Positions 17,878-28,520 of a stretch of 64,000 bases of DNA are shown here, piece by piece. A program made the translations under genes and the position numbers. The DNA lies in NCBI GenBank assembly GCA_041660105.1, contig JBAZWZ010000002.1:57964-121963 (forward strand). Direction: 5' to 3'. The notes beneath the pieces were generated by a model. That model did not search any database. It was given only the letters and a program-made list of their open reading frames with translations, and was not told the origin of the DNA. This DNA is from Minisyncoccota bacterium (lineage in GTDB: Bacteria > Patescibacteriota > Minisyncoccia > Phycocordibacterales > UBA1550). Numbering within the stretch: the first letter of the stretch is position 1; each line of letters starts with the position of its first letter.

Positions 17878-19275
17878 TTACTTCTTCTTTGGAATCGTGA
17901 TGCCGAGTTCGAGGAGCTGTTCGGGGCTGATTTCTGAAGGTGACTCCATCATAGGGTCACGGCCTTCGCCAGTCTTTGCAAATGCGATCACTTCGCGAAT
18001 GTTTGGTTCGTTCTGGAGGAGCATCATCAAGCGATCAAAGCCGAAAGCAAGACCACCATGAGGAGGCGCACCTGCGGCGAGCGCCTTGAGCATGTGCCCA
18101 AAGTTCTTCTCAATGCCTTCCATCGAGTGTCCCATAATCTCAAATACTTTCTTGAGTGCCTCAGGGTTGTGATTGCGGATACCGCCGCCACCGATTTCAT
18201 AACCATTGAGTGCGATATCGTACTGAGCTGCCACGATGTCACCGATGTTTTTCTTCTCCATCAAATCCTGCATAAATTCTGGCTTTGGTGCAGAGAAAGG
18301 ATTGTGTGAGAACGTCCACGCACCTGTGTCAGTCTTCTCAAAAAATGGAAAATCAATAACCCAACAGAACGCAAGAAGATTTGGGTCCTCTTTATCCTCG
18401 CGGATATCTGGTTTGTCGTTGCCATATTTCTCCATAGCATCCTTGTAGGAAATACGTGGGAACGGTACTTGCTGAATGCGCTTCTCAGGGTAGAGCTTGG
18501 TCACCATATCAATCATAAGTGCCTCGTTGATTTGCATCACGTCTTCTTGAGTAACGAAACTCATTTCCATATCGATCTGCGTAAACTCTGGCTGACGATC
18601 ACCACGAGTGTCCTCATCGCGGAAACAACGTGCCACCTGCACATAGCGCTCAAAACCCGACGCCATAAGAAGCTGCTTGTACTGCTGAGGTGACTGTGGG
18701 AGCGCATAAAACTTGCCCTGATCGAGACGTGAAGGCACTACATAGTCGCGAGAACCCTCAGGTGTCGACTTGGTAAGCGAAGGAGTTTCAATCTCCATGA
18801 AGCCATGCTGTGCATAAAAATTACGAAGATGAAGGAGCACCTCATGACGCATACGGAAGTTACTCTGCATACGTGGACGACGAAGGTCGAGGTAGCGATA
18901 CTTGAGGCGAGTCTCCTCGCCAATCTCACGCCCATCAGAAGACACATCAAACACAGGAGTCTCAGCTTCGTTCAATACCTCAATACCGAGAACCTCGAGC
19001 TCAATGTCACCATTGGGAACCCCAGCCTTCACGTTGCGCTCGGGGCGCTTGTTGACCTGCGCTGACACAGCCACAACCCACTCTGGGCGCACACGCTGTG
19101 CCACCTCAAGTGCCTCAGTGTGCATAGGGAGCACAACTGCCTGCACCTTGCCGGTCACATCACGAAGATCGAGGAAGACCATCTTTCCTTGGTCGCGACG
19201 AACATCAATCCATCCCGAGATAGATACTTGCTGTCCTACGTTGTTCTGTAAATCCTTAATGTATGTTCGTTCCAT
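17878..19275 (-). CDS. aspS: aspartyl-tRNA synthetase (short form, 465 aa, no bacterial-type insertion domain)
   Basis: N-terminal OB fold. Class II motifs FERYVQVARCFRDEDTRGDRQPEFTQIDMEMSF and GGGGIRNHN...GLAFGFDRL. Confidence 0.85.
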   Translation of the reverse strand: MERTYIKDLQNNVGQQVSISGWIDVRRDQGKMVFLDLRDVTGKVQAVVLPMHTEALEVAQRVRPEWVVAVSAQVNKRPERNVKAGVPNGDIELEVLGIEVLNEAETPVFDVSSDGREIGEETRLKYRYLDLRRPRMQSNFRMRHEVLLHLRNFYAQHGFMEIETPSLTKSTPEGSRDYVVPSRLDQGKFYALPQSPQQYKQLLMASGFERYVQVARCFRDEDTRGDRQPEFTQIDMEMSFVTQEDVMQINEALMIDMVTKLYPEKRIQQVPFPRISYKDAMEKYGNDKPDIREDKEDPNLLAFCWVIDFPFFEKTDTGAWTFSHNPFSAPKPEFMQDLMEKKNIGDIVAAQYDIALNGYEIGGGGIRNHNPEALKKVFEIMGHSMEGIEKNFGHMLKALAAGAPPHGGLAFGFDRLMMLLQNEPNIREVIAFAKTGEGRDPMMESPSEISPEQLLELGITIPKKK

Positions 19276-19286
19276 GACCTTTGTAA

Positions 19287-19532
19287 TTAGTTGTAAAGTT
19301 TATTTTTAATTTCTTTGATTGCGTCCTCGTGTGTTTTCTCATCTGCGAGAAGATTGTAAAAATTGTACTGAGGATCATTGAGTAGGTTATCAAAGCGTTC
19401 GCCATTAGTAACAATCCACTCAAGTGCAGTATCCCCATCACCAACACCATCCATAACCTCAAGCTGTGCTTTCATTTTTATATCAAATTTCTTCTCGTCT
19501 GGGTTTTCAAATTGTAGTTCAGGAAATTTCAT
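19287..19532 (-). CDS. hypothetical small acidic protein (81 aa)
   Basis: Compact ORF placed tightly between trpS and aspS in the same orientation. No recognisable family. Confidence 0.4.
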   Translation of the reverse strand: MKFPELQFENPDEKKFDIKMKAQLEVMDGVGDGDTALEWIVTNGERFDNLLNDPQYNFYNLLADEKTHEDAIKEIKNKLYN

Positions 19533-19536
19533 AATA

Positions 19537-20610
19537 TTATTTAAGAGTTAAGCCAACTTTTGCACGCACTTCGCTCATCATCTTCTGTGCTTGGGCTCGT
19601 GCTACTTCCCCACCCTCGCGCAAAATCTTCAACACGGCCTCGGGGTCGCGTGCGATCTCCTCACGGCGAGCACGCATTGGTGAAATGAATTTGATAATTT
19701 TTTCTACAAGCAAATCTTTTGATTCCTTGTAGCCGATACCGCCCGCGACATAGCGCGCGCGGAGCGCGTCGAGTTCTTCACCAGGGAAAAGCTCGTGCAT
19801 AGCAAATACTTTGCAGGTCGCAGGATCCTTGGGCTCCTCGACACCTTTTGAGTCGGTCGGAATGCTCATCACTGCTTTTTTGATCTCATCGTCAGTACCA
19901 AAAAGCGGGATGGTGTTTCCATAACTCTTGCTCATCTTGCGGCCATCGGTGCCGACCACAGTCTGCACTTCTTCAAGGATAATAGGCTCAGGCATTTTGA
20001 ATGTCTCGCCAAATGCATTGTTGAACTTCTGCGCAGTGTCGCGCGCGATCTCGATGTGTTGCTTCTGATCAAGACCAACAGGAACAATATCGGTCCCATA
20101 CATCAGGATGTCTGATGCCATAAGAATCGGGTAATCAAAAAGGCCGACGTTTATTCCTTTAAAGACATGCTCCGTGTATTCTTCCATAGAGATACTTGTA
20201 CTACCCAACGTACCCTCGTCGTTAAACTTAATCTCTGAAGAATCTGAAGAAAATGATTTTGAATTTTTATTAATTGCATCCTTGAATGCGTGTGCACGCA
20301 TAAGATATGGCACCGTCGTAAGTGTATTAAAAATCCACGTGAGCTCTGTCACCTCGGGCACATCTGACTGGAGGAAGAGTGTCGTCTTCTTGGGGTCGAT
20401 ACCAATAGCGAGATAGTCGAGGGCAAGGTCGAGGGTGAGCTCACGGAGCTTGTCGCCATCTGAAACACTCGTGAGTGCATGATAGTTTGCCAAAAAGATG
20501 AACTGACGGTAATCATCCTGTCGGTCGACAAACTGGCGCATAGCACCAAAATAGTTGCCAATATGGACCGTTCCTGTGGGTTTTACACCAGAAAGTAGTG
20601 TTTTTTGCAT
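19537..20610 (-). CDS. trpS: tryptophanyl-tRNA synthetase
   Basis: SGVKPTGTVHIGNYFGA (HIGH) and GRKMSKSYGN (KMSKS). Confidence 0.9.
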   Translation of the reverse strand: MQKTLLSGVKPTGTVHIGNYFGAMRQFVDRQDDYRQFIFLANYHALTSVSDGDKLRELTLDLALDYLAIGIDPKKTTLFLQSDVPEVTELTWIFNTLTTVPYLMRAHAFKDAINKNSKSFSSDSSEIKFNDEGTLGSTSISMEEYTEHVFKGINVGLFDYPILMASDILMYGTDIVPVGLDQKQHIEIARDTAQKFNNAFGETFKMPEPIILEEVQTVVGTDGRKMSKSYGNTIPLFGTDDEIKKAVMSIPTDSKGVEEPKDPATCKVFAMHELFPGEELDALRARYVAGGIGYKESKDLLVEKIIKFISPMRARREEIARDPEAVLKILREGGEVARAQAQKMMSEVRAKVGLTLK

Positions 20611-20647
20611 TACTTCATATTAACAAAATATTGCGGTTTTTCAAAGG

Positions 20648-20688
20648 AATTCAGGGGCGCGGGCAAAGCCCGCGCCCTGAATTCCCAA
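20648..20688. terminator. perfect 18-bp hairpin GAATTCAGGGGCGCGGGC-aaa-GCCCGCGCCCCTGAATTC
   Basis: Sits between the histidine kinase stop (20694) and the trpS start (20610). No clean T-run, so it may act as a processing or termination structure. Confidence 0.5.
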
Positions 20689-20693
20689 ATATC

Positions 20694-22355
20694 CTACCCC
20701 TTCGCTTGAAGCTCCACAAAGAACGTCGAGCCTTGTCCTTCCCCTTTTGACTCTGCCCATATACGCCCTCCGTGCTTCTTGATGACCTCGCCTGCAACAT
20801 AGAGCCCCAGCCCCGTACCCTCGGTGTACACCTTGCTCACCCCCTCAGCACGACTAAACTTCTTAAAAATCTTATCTTTTGTCGTATCGCTCATCCCAAT
20901 CCCCGTGTCCGAGATACTAAATAATACTTTTTTATTATCTGGGCTTTTTGAGAGCAAGATCGATACTTCACCCTTTGGTGTGTACTTGACTGCATTATCG
21001 ATAAGGTTTGAAGCAACTTGGCGCAATTTGCCCTCATCACCCACTATGACGAATGAAATATCCTGAATGATACCCTCATCTATAATTACACTAAGCGCAA
21101 GGTGCGCGCGGTCTGCTGATTGTTTCATCTCCTCCGACAATTCAAGCACGAGCTTCTTCATATCAACATCAGCAAATTGATAGTTCATATCTCCACTTTC
21201 AATGCGCGCAACATCCATAAAGTCCGACACCATTAAAAGCAGACGCTCACTTGAATCAAAGATTTTTCCAATAGCATCTTTCACGTTCTCTGGTAATTCC
21301 CCAAGTGAGCCTTCCATAAGCATTGATGCGTAACCTTTGATGGTCGTAAGTGGGTCACGCAGATGGTGAGATGCAATGGACAAAAACTCAGACTTCTTTT
21401 TGTCGAGAACTTTTAGCTGCTCCGTAAGAAAATCTATTTCGAATAATAGGCGTGTAATCTTGTCCTTGGACTGGATCTCCCTTTTTATACTTCCATCCAA
21501 AAATGCACAAGAAAAAATGATGAGTACCGTGATTCCTGTTTTGACAATCAAATCAATTGTTGAGCTCGCAAAAAATATTTCAACAATCATCGTAATTATA
21601 ATGATCGATGTAAAGAACTCAGTAAGAATTATTTTAATATTCCAAAAATTATATTTTGCAAGAATGAAGGCGATGGCAAATATAAACAAAATGACAGCAA
21701 TATGCCCTCCCCAAAACAGGTCTGAACCCCAAATCAAAAAGGGCGAGAAAAGGGACATAGCAAGCGCCGTCAGACAAGTTAAAGCAAGGGATATAATTAA
21801 TCCCCGAATTGCTACCTTATAAATACCCGCGCTTGTGCGATATTTATTAACCAACAAAACACCACAGGCAACAAGAAACGCCACTATGTACAATGCGTAC
21901 AACCAAAAACCCTTCCCAAATACAATCACGTTTTTCTCTTCTCCTGTGTGCAGTTGGTGACCAACAATAAAATCAGGTGCTCCAACAAGAATTGTTAAAA
22001 TTAGCAAAAAAGGAACAAACAGAGCAAACAGATTCCAGACTGAATTCTTCTTTTTTTCTGTTGAAAATGTATAAAAGAACAAAAAAAGAAAAACGGGGAC
22101 CGTCGCAGCTGCTGAATAAAGCACCATTATCCCAACTTCGGCGTATGCCCCCCTAAATGCACCGTCGAAAAATGCATAGGAAAGTCCCCACAAAAAAACA
22201 ATTACCCCTAAAAAAAGAAATGCCAAACCACTTCGCCTTGTAATATCCTGCAAATAAACGATTCCGGTCATAACCAGTGCAAGTAGACTTCCTCCGACAA
22301 CAATCCAACCGATTGTCGAGATGTTATTAATAATGGAAATGACAATTGCAGACAT
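20694..22355 (-). CDS. sensor histidine kinase with N-terminal multi-TM (7TM-type) domain
   Basis: H-box ASHHLRDPLTTIKGYASML and G2 box GTGLGLYVAGEVIKKHGGRIWAESKGEGQGSTFFVEL. About 7 N-terminal TM helices. Confidence 0.8.
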   Translation of the reverse strand: MSAIVISIINNISTIGWIVVGGSLLALVMTGIVYLQDITRRSGLAFLFLGVIVFLWGLSYAFFDGAFRGAYAEVGIMVLYSAAATVPVFLFLFFYTFSTEKKKNSVWNLFALFVPFLLILTILVGAPDFIVGHQLHTGEEKNVIVFGKGFWLYALYIVAFLVACGVLLVNKYRTSAGIYKVAIRGLIISLALTCLTALAMSLFSPFLIWGSDLFWGGHIAVILFIFAIAFILAKYNFWNIKIILTEFFTSIIIITMIVEIFFASSTIDLIVKTGITVLIIFSCAFLDGSIKREIQSKDKITRLLFEIDFLTEQLKVLDKKKSEFLSIASHHLRDPLTTIKGYASMLMEGSLGELPENVKDAIGKIFDSSERLLLMVSDFMDVARIESGDMNYQFADVDMKKLVLELSEEMKQSADRAHLALSVIIDEGIIQDISFVIVGDEGKLRQVASNLIDNAVKYTPKGEVSILLSKSPDNKKVLFSISDTGIGMSDTTKDKIFKKFSRAEGVSKVYTEGTGLGLYVAGEVIKKHGGRIWAESKGEGQGSTFFVELQAKG

Positions 22356-22363
22356 ATAAATAA

Positions 22364-24019
22364 TTATACACTAATTTCCACTCCCCCTTGCGGTGCGGGT
22401 GGCAACTCAACAATGACCGTAGTCCCTTGCCCAACACCAGCAGACTTAATATGGATAGACCCTTGTTGTGCTTCGATTATTTCTTGCGCGATATACAACC
22501 CAAACCCGTGAGTGCGCTCTTGTTTTTCTGATACAGAGTTTGTACTTTCAGTCCCATCATCAATCATAGCTGTTTTTGAATTATAGGTATCAAAAATGTG
22601 CGATATTTGACTCTTAGTCATCCCTGGACCAGTATCAGAAACCGAAAGACGTACCCTGTTTGTAACTTGATCATATGCAATTACAACACTCACCAACCCA
22701 GGACCGACTGAGTATCTAATCGCATTATCCAGAATCTGTCGCACTGCCTGCTTCAATTTATACTCGTCAATCATAACAAAATATTCTCCCGTACTCTCAG
22801 GTGAGAACGACATAATTATTTTCGCTTCATCGGCATCTTTTTTCAGCTCCGCAAGCACCTCTTTAATAAATAATTTGAAGTTTACCTTTCTAAAATCAAT
22901 CGTTGTCCTCCCCTGCTCAATGCGCGAAACGGTCAAAAGGTCTTCTACAAGTGAGGCAACATTCACTGTTGATTCATATAGTTTTTCTATTGCCTTGCGG
23001 GCGGTCTCATTGATGGGTCCAAAGGTTCCTTCTAGTACCATTGATGCATACCCCTTAATAATGGTAAGTGGTGTGCGAAGCTGATGAGAAGCAATCGATA
23101 CGAATTCTGTCTTTTGAGTTTCCATCGCTCGAAGTTTTTCATTGGCTCGCGCCCTCTCCCACGCAAGCTCTTCAATCCTCTCACGGTCGCGGATTTCGCC
23201 ATAAATACCCCGTACAAGAAAGAAACTGAATGCAACAACAGAGAGAGCAACGGAGATATTGAGCACATAGTCAAGCTTTGTATGTGAGGTAAATATATTG
23301 ATAAACAAAAATAGGTTTAGCAAAAAAACCGCAAGCTCGACAAGAATGAGTTTGATGTCAAATAATTGATGCTTAATAATAGCGTAAGAAATGATTAGAG
23401 GATAGAGAAGCACTGTCATGTTCATAAACGGATATATATCAACCCCGTACACAGGAAAGAAGTTAAATCCTCCACCAGCAAAACTTACTGCCATTCCAAA
23501 AAAGAACAATTTGATCCTATCCTTAGTTAACCTATCGTTGGTCTCATTATACCCGCGCCACAAAAGAAAATGACTATACGCAGTCAGCCCAAAGAACATT
23601 ACTGTATAAAACGGATAAAGAAGACCAGGAGGAGAGTCAAAGTAAAACTCATTAAACACGAAGCGCATGTTGTCTATAAAAAGTCCCCCCGCAAAATCTG
23701 CAACTAGAAATATGCCAGAAATAATATAGAAAAATGTGAGAAGTTTTACATTCTTTTTCCCCAAAAACTCATACACGAAGTGCAAAAATAATACAGGTAT
23801 CATAATCGCACCAACATGAGCAAGCTTCCAAGAAAACGAGGCTTCTTCAGGAGTCAGTGCTCCCCCAACAAAATAAACGCCAAGCCCAAAAAGAAAGACT
23901 GCAAAACAAAAAACCGCCCAAAGATAATGTAGTTTATTTTTGCCAATGAGCAGCATCAGAGCTGTCATCAGTCCGCTCGTGATGGCAGTAAGAAGACCTG
24001 ATAAACTATAGATAGTCAT
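22364..24019 (-). CDS. sensor histidine kinase with N-terminal multi-TM (7TM-type) domain (paralog)
   Basis: ASHQLRTPLTIIKGYASM and GFGLYIAQEIIEAQQGSIHIKSAGVGQGTTVIVEL. Same architecture as the neighbouring kinase. Confidence 0.8.
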   Translation of the reverse strand: MTIYSLSGLLTAITSGLMTALMLLIGKNKLHYLWAVFCFAVFLFGLGVYFVGGALTPEEASFSWKLAHVGAIMIPVLFLHFVYEFLGKKNVKLLTFFYIISGIFLVADFAGGLFIDNMRFVFNEFYFDSPPGLLYPFYTVMFFGLTAYSHFLLWRGYNETNDRLTKDRIKLFFFGMAVSFAGGGFNFFPVYGVDIYPFMNMTVLLYPLIISYAIIKHQLFDIKLILVELAVFLLNLFLFINIFTSHTKLDYVLNISVALSVVAFSFFLVRGIYGEIRDRERIEELAWERARANEKLRAMETQKTEFVSIASHQLRTPLTIIKGYASMVLEGTFGPINETARKAIEKLYESTVNVASLVEDLLTVSRIEQGRTTIDFRKVNFKLFIKEVLAELKKDADEAKIIMSFSPESTGEYFVMIDEYKLKQAVRQILDNAIRYSVGPGLVSVVIAYDQVTNRVRLSVSDTGPGMTKSQISHIFDTYNSKTAMIDDGTESTNSVSEKQERTHGFGLYIAQEIIEAQQGSIHIKSAGVGQGTTVIVELPPAPQGGVEISV

Positions 24020-24056
24020 AGATACATTATAAATGAGTTATTCATTTTTTCATAAC

Positions 24057-24090
24057 AAAAAGCGAGCAGTACTAGAGTACTACTCGCTTT
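24057..24090 (-). terminator. rho-independent terminator (GCGAGCAGTACT-aga-GTACTACTCGC plus T-run on the minus strand)
   Basis: Hairpin followed by TTTTTGTT when read on the minus strand, after the SDR gene. Confidence 0.5.
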
Positions 24091-24108
24091 GCCCCAAAGT
24101 ACAAAGTT

Positions 24109-25248
24109 TTACTTCTTGCCGAAGTCCACAGACATCGCGTAGTCGAGCATCATGCGGAGCATCTTCTCGTCGACCCTGGGATGCTTGGGGTATTTATCCC
24201 CGAGCGCATTAACCAAGTTATCGCACTTAAAGATGGTGCCGTGCTTCACATACGGTTGGTAGATCCTGATGTTTTCCGTGACTCCCCCCTGAATCTTCGC
24301 CAAGAATGGCGTCAGTTTGGAATTGTCCGCAGGACCATACATGACCCCCGCAATACGCATATGCGCGAGAGAGACTTCGATGACCTCCTTGACCCGCATA
24401 GGGTTTTGATCGACAAGATGATACGTCCGATCAGAACTCGGCCGCGGAAGGAACTGGGACAAAACTGTAGCGACCCAGTCAACGCAAACCATGTTGAGAA
24501 CCGACGTTTCGGAACAATCGATGAAAAGCGGGATGTTCATCACGCCAGATTCGTCGAATGTCACACCCTTGCTCGCACAGTCACCCCGATCCGCATCCCA
24601 ACGTCGGCGCCAGCTCTTGATCATACGCCAGAACGGAATGAAGAAGCCGTAGTAGCTATGGAAGGTCAGGACCTCGCCATCAATAGAGCTACCAAGAACG
24701 ATGGGCAAACGAGAGATAGTAAACTTACCACCAGCCCATGCATGCACAAGTTTTTCGGCAGCAATCTTGGAGCGCTCGTAGGGATTGAAAAACTCCTGCC
24801 CCACGTCGAGATCAGTCTCGCGAAAGACTTCAGACGTCCCCGAGATGTACGCAGTGCTGATGTAGTGGAAGTCCGTGATGCCAAGGGCATCAGCGAGCTC
24901 CAGCATGTTTTTCGTACCAACATAGTTGGTCTTCCATACGCTGTCGGCGTCCTTCTCTTCGAAGCTGATTGCCGCAGCGGCATGCAAAATCTTGTCGACT
25001 TTGCCATCCCACTTCGCGACATCCTCGACGGAAAATCCGCCGAGAGGCAACGTGATGTCACCCTCGATTGCGATGTCCATCTCTTCGCGAACCACCGGCA
25101 AGATTTTCGCCAGACGTGCTTGCGCATCATCATCGCCAGAGGGGCGAATCAGATAGAGGATGCGGTAGTCGAGCTTTTGCAAAACCATCGCGAGCTCGGA
25201 AACAACTTGCCCCGTGACACCCGTGAGCAAAACGGTTTTCTTTTTCAT
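24109..25248 (-). CDS. extended SDR / NAD-binding-4 (thioester-reductase-like) oxidoreductase
   Basis: LLTGVTGQVVSEL Rossmann motif, YERSK (YxxxK) and a long C-terminal domain. The 366-aa ORF on the opposite strand is a shadow. Confidence 0.7.
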   Translation of the reverse strand: MKKKTVLLTGVTGQVVSELAMVLQKLDYRILYLIRPSGDDDAQARLAKILPVVREEMDIAIEGDITLPLGGFSVEDVAKWDGKVDKILHAAAAISFEEKDADSVWKTNYVGTKNMLELADALGITDFHYISTAYISGTSEVFRETDLDVGQEFFNPYERSKIAAEKLVHAWAGGKFTISRLPIVLGSSIDGEVLTFHSYYGFFIPFWRMIKSWRRRWDADRGDCASKGVTFDESGVMNIPLFIDCSETSVLNMVCVDWVATVLSQFLPRPSSDRTYHLVDQNPMRVKEVIEVSLAHMRIAGVMYGPADNSKLTPFLAKIQGGVTENIRIYQPYVKHGTIFKCDNLVNALGDKYPKHPRVDEKMLRMMLDYAMSVDFGKK

Positions 25249-25369
25249 CTTGAATCTCCTTCAAAAGACCTGCTGAAATAAAAAGAAGTTGATAACAATC
25301 AACTTCTTTTACTCAAACTCCAATTAAGAGTTAACCATATTTTTACTCAGATGTAAATTACCACCAATT

Positions 25370-26446
25370 CTAGATGCCTTCTTTTTTGAGTTCTTCGATG
25401 AGTTTTTCTGCGGTGCGGGAAAGTTTTGCAGGAGTTTTCACCTCAAGCTTGATGAAGAGATCACCACGCTTCTTGCTATCGTAGGGCACACCTTTTTCTT
25501 TTACGCGCAAGACTTCGCCTGACGAAACACCCTTGGGAATCTTGAGTTTAATCTCGCCATCGAGGGTTTCTACGGGATACTCCGCGCCAAGAATTGCATC
25601 AGTAAGTTTCACCTGAAGCGTCATCACAAGACTATAACCTTCTCTCTTGAAGACCTTGTGTGCTCCGACGTGAATACGTACATAAAGGTCGCCTGGCTTG
25701 CCGTTCTGAATGGCCTCGCCTGCTCCCGTAAGACGAACTTGCTCACCATTATTAATTCCAGCTGGTACACGGATGGTAATATTTTCTTCTTTGCGAAGCA
25801 CGCCTGCTCCTTTACAATTTGTACATTTTTCTTCAGGCACCTTACCACTGCCGTGACATGTCTCACACTCTCGCTCTTGTGCGAAGCTACCAAGTATTGT
25901 CCGCACTGTTTCTTGTGTACGCCCCTTACCTTTACATTGCGTACACTCTTTCGTTTTTGTATTTGGTTTTGCGCCGCTACCATTACACGTATCGCATTGG
26001 GATGTCTTTGTGATGCGAACTTTTTCTTCTACACCAAAGACTGCCTCAGAGAAAGAAATCTCGAGGTCCACCGCGATATCACGGCCACGACGCGCTTGTT
26101 GACGACGTCCACCTCCAAAAAAGTCACCGAAGATATCATTGAGATCAACACCCTCGAACCCTTGCTGACCTCCGAAACCACCCTGAAAACCGCTGAAGCC
26201 TGATGCGTCGAAACCGCCACCCTGCCCACCGAAGCCTTGATTTGGTCCTGCACTACCATAGGTGTCATACTGCTGACGCTTCTTCTCATCAGAGAGTGTC
26301 TGATATGCTTCGCTCGCCTCTTTGAATTTCTTCTCATCGCCACCCTTGTCGGGGTGATGCTGATGCGCGAGCTTACGGAACGCTTTTTTAATTTCGTCCT
26401 GAGATGCGCCTTTTTCAACGCCAAGAATTTTGTAGTAATCTTTCAT
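25370..26446 (-). CDS. dnaJ: chaperone DnaJ
   Basis: J domain ([10 protein letters not shown]...HPDK), a G/F-rich region and four CxxCxGxG repeats. Confidence 0.9.
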   Translation of the reverse strand: MKDYYKILGVEKGASQDEIKKAFRKLAHQHHPDKGGDEKKFKEASEAYQTLSDEKKRQQYDTYGSAGPNQGFGGQGGGFDASGFSGFQGGFGGQQGFEGVDLNDIFGDFFGGGRRQQARRGRDIAVDLEISFSEAVFGVEEKVRITKTSQCDTCNGSGAKPNTKTKECTQCKGKGRTQETVRTILGSFAQERECETCHGSGKVPEEKCTNCKGAGVLRKEENITIRVPAGINNGEQVRLTGAGEAIQNGKPGDLYVRIHVGAHKVFKREGYSLVMTLQVKLTDAILGAEYPVETLDGEIKLKIPKGVSSGEVLRVKEKGVPYDSKKRGDLFIKLEVKTPAKLSRTAEKLIEELKKEGI

Positions 26447-26456
26447 GAGCTTCCAA

Positions 26457-26548
26457 CATGTGACATTTAACAAGTGACATGTGACGAGCAACTTTTTCGC
26501 TATGCGAAAAAGTTGCTGTCAGTTGTCAGATGTCAGTGGTCAGTTGTT
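26457..26548. repeat. intergenic palindromic repeat element (TGACAT repeats + GCAACTTTTTCGC-tat-GCGAAAAAGTTGC hairpin + CTGTCAGTTGTCAGATGTCAGTGGTCAGTTGTT)
   Basis: Perfect 13-bp hairpin flanked by imperfect inverted ends (AACAAGTGACATGTGAC / GTCAGTGGTCAGTTGTT). It fills the dnaK-dnaJ spacer and related copies occur elsewhere in the window. Confidence 0.55.
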
Positions 26549-28442
26549 ATTTGTTCTCCCCCTCCTTGTACTCTGCGTCGTGCACGGTGCCTTCGCCTTC
26601 AGCTTTTGGAGCTTCACCTTCAGGAGCTTTTGCGCTCTCTGCCTGCTTCATCATTTCTTCACCAATCTTCGAGAGTTCATCTGAGAGCTCTTGTGAAGCC
26701 TTCTTCATCGCCTCAGTATCAGTACCTGTGCTTGCAGTCTTTGCAGCTGCAATCTTGCCCTCGACTGATGTCTTGAGGTCAGCAGAAATCTTGTCGCCGT
26801 TGTCACGAAGCCCCTTCTCTGCAGTGTAAACCATTTGCTCGAGATTGTTCTTAGTCTCTACGGCTGCGTGCTTGCGAGCATCCTCCTCAGCATTCATCTC
26901 AGCTTCTTTCTGCATACGAGCGATGTCGTCCTTTGAAAGTCCTGAGCTTGCTTCGATACGGATTGATTGCTCCTTGCCCGTGGTCTTCTCCTTGGCCTTC
27001 ACCTGGAGGATACCGTTGGCATCCACATCAAACGACACCTCAACCTGAGGAATCCCGCGTGGTGATGGTGGAATACCATCGAGAATGAAACGACCGAGTG
27101 ACTTGTTGTCGGCGGCCATTGGGCGCTCGCCCTGAACAACGTGAATCTCTACTGAGGTCTGGTTGTCTGCTGCAGTCGAGAATACTTGTGAACGTGATGC
27201 TGGGATCGTGGTGTTTTTCTCAATGAGCTTCGTCGCAACACTTCCAAATGTCTCGATACCAAGTGAAAGTGGAATAACATCGAGGAGCAAAACATCCTTC
27301 ACGTCCCCTTGGAGAATACCCGCCTGAATAGCAGCACCAATAGCAACCACTTCGTCTGGGTTGATTGAGCGGTTTGGCTCCTTACCAAAGAGCTCCTTCA
27401 CTGCGTTTACAATAGCTGGCATACGAGTCTGTCCACCAACCATAATGATTTCATTTATCTCCTCCTTCTTGAACGGAGAAGCAGCGAGAGCACGCTTGGT
27501 AATCTCAATAGACTTCTCAATGTACTCACGAGCGAGATCCTCGAGTGTAGCGCGAGAAATCTTCATGAGAAGGTGCTTTGGACCGTCTGAACCAGAAGTA
27601 ATAAATGGAATATTGATTTCAGCTTCTGTCGTGGTTGAGAGCTCGTGCTTTGCCTTCTCAGCAGCCTCCTTGAGACGCTGAAGTGCCATCACATCGGTTG
27701 AAACATCGATACCTGATTCCTTTTTAAATTCGCTCGCAATGTAGCCAATGATCTTCTGGTCGATATCCTCTCCACCCATGTGCACATCGCCGTCGGTCGA
27801 CTTCACTTCGATAACATCGCCACCCACCTCGAGTACTGACACGTCGAACGTACCACCACCAAAGTCGTACACCACAATCTTCTCATCCTTCTTTTTATTA
27901 AAACCGTATGCGAGTGCTGCAGCGGTAGGCTCGTTGATGATGCGCTTTACATCGAATCCTGCAATAGTTCCCGCATCCTTTGTTGCCTGACGCTGTGCGT
28001 CATTGAAATATGCAGGCACGGTGATCACCGCCTCAGTAATCTTCTCACCGAGCTTTGCCTCTGCATCTGCCTTGAGCTTTTGGAGTACCATCGCTGATAT
28101 CTCCTCTGGACGATACTGCTTGTCGCCCATCTTTACCTGCACGCCACCGGTAGGTGACTTCTCAAGAGTAAATGGCACGTTCTTTTTGTCACGCTGAACA
28201 CCCTCGTCTTCGTAGGTGTGTCCGATCATGCGCTTGATGCCGTAGAGTGTATTCTGAGGATTGGTTACGGCCTGACGCTTCGCGAGGAGTCCCACCAATC
28301 GTTCACCACTTTTTGAAACTGCGACAATCGATGGTGTCGTGCGTGCGCCTTCAATGTTTTCAATGATGCGGGGCTCGCCACCCTCAATGATAGCAACCGC
28401 GCTGTTTGTAGTACCCAAGTCAATACCTAAAATTTTTGCCAT
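26547..28442 (-). CDS. dnaK: chaperone DnaK (Hsp70)
   Basis: [25 protein letters not shown] and the full Hsp70 architecture, 631 aa. Confidence 0.95.
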   Translation of the reverse strand: MAKILGIDLGTTNSAVAIIEGGEPRIIENIEGARTTPSIVAVSKSGERLVGLLAKRQAVTNPQNTLYGIKRMIGHTYEDEGVQRDKKNVPFTLEKSPTGGVQVKMGDKQYRPEEISAMVLQKLKADAEAKLGEKITEAVITVPAYFNDAQRQATKDAGTIAGFDVKRIINEPTAAALAYGFNKKKDEKIVVYDFGGGTFDVSVLEVGGDVIEVKSTDGDVHMGGEDIDQKIIGYIASEFKKESGIDVSTDVMALQRLKEAAEKAKHELSTTTEAEINIPFITSGSDGPKHLLMKISRATLEDLAREYIEKSIEITKRALAASPFKKEEINEIIMVGGQTRMPAIVNAVKELFGKEPNRSINPDEVVAIGAAIQAGILQGDVKDVLLLDVIPLSLGIETFGSVATKLIEKNTTIPASRSQVFSTAADNQTSVEIHVVQGERPMAADNKSLGRFILDGIPPSPRGIPQVEVSFDVDANGILQVKAKEKTTGKEQSIRIEASSGLSKDDIARMQKEAEMNAEEDARKHAAVETKNNLEQMVYTAEKGLRDNGDKISADLKTSVEGKIAAAKTASTGTDTEAMKKASQELSDELSKIGEEMMKQAESAKAPEGEAPKAEGEGTVHDAEYKEGENK

Positions 28443-28520
28443 AATATGTTTGTGTGATTACAATTAATGAGACTAATAAAATCCTTTCGACTTTCTCTTA
28501 CTATTTATTATACTAAATTC

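Noticed and set aside
24181-25281. 366-aa ORF on the plus strand opposite the SDR reductase gene
   Set aside because: It has an Arg-rich, low-complexity translation, no RBS, and overlaps a well-supported minus-strand gene with a clear Rossmann and YxxxK signature. It is a shadow ORF.
26457-26548. CIRCE (HrcA) or HAIR (HspR) heat-shock operator in the dnaK/dnaJ/grpE region
   Set aside because: Neither TTAGCACTC-N9-GAGTGCTAA nor CTTGAGT-N7-ACTCAAG is present. The spacer is instead occupied by the ACAACTGAC repeat element.
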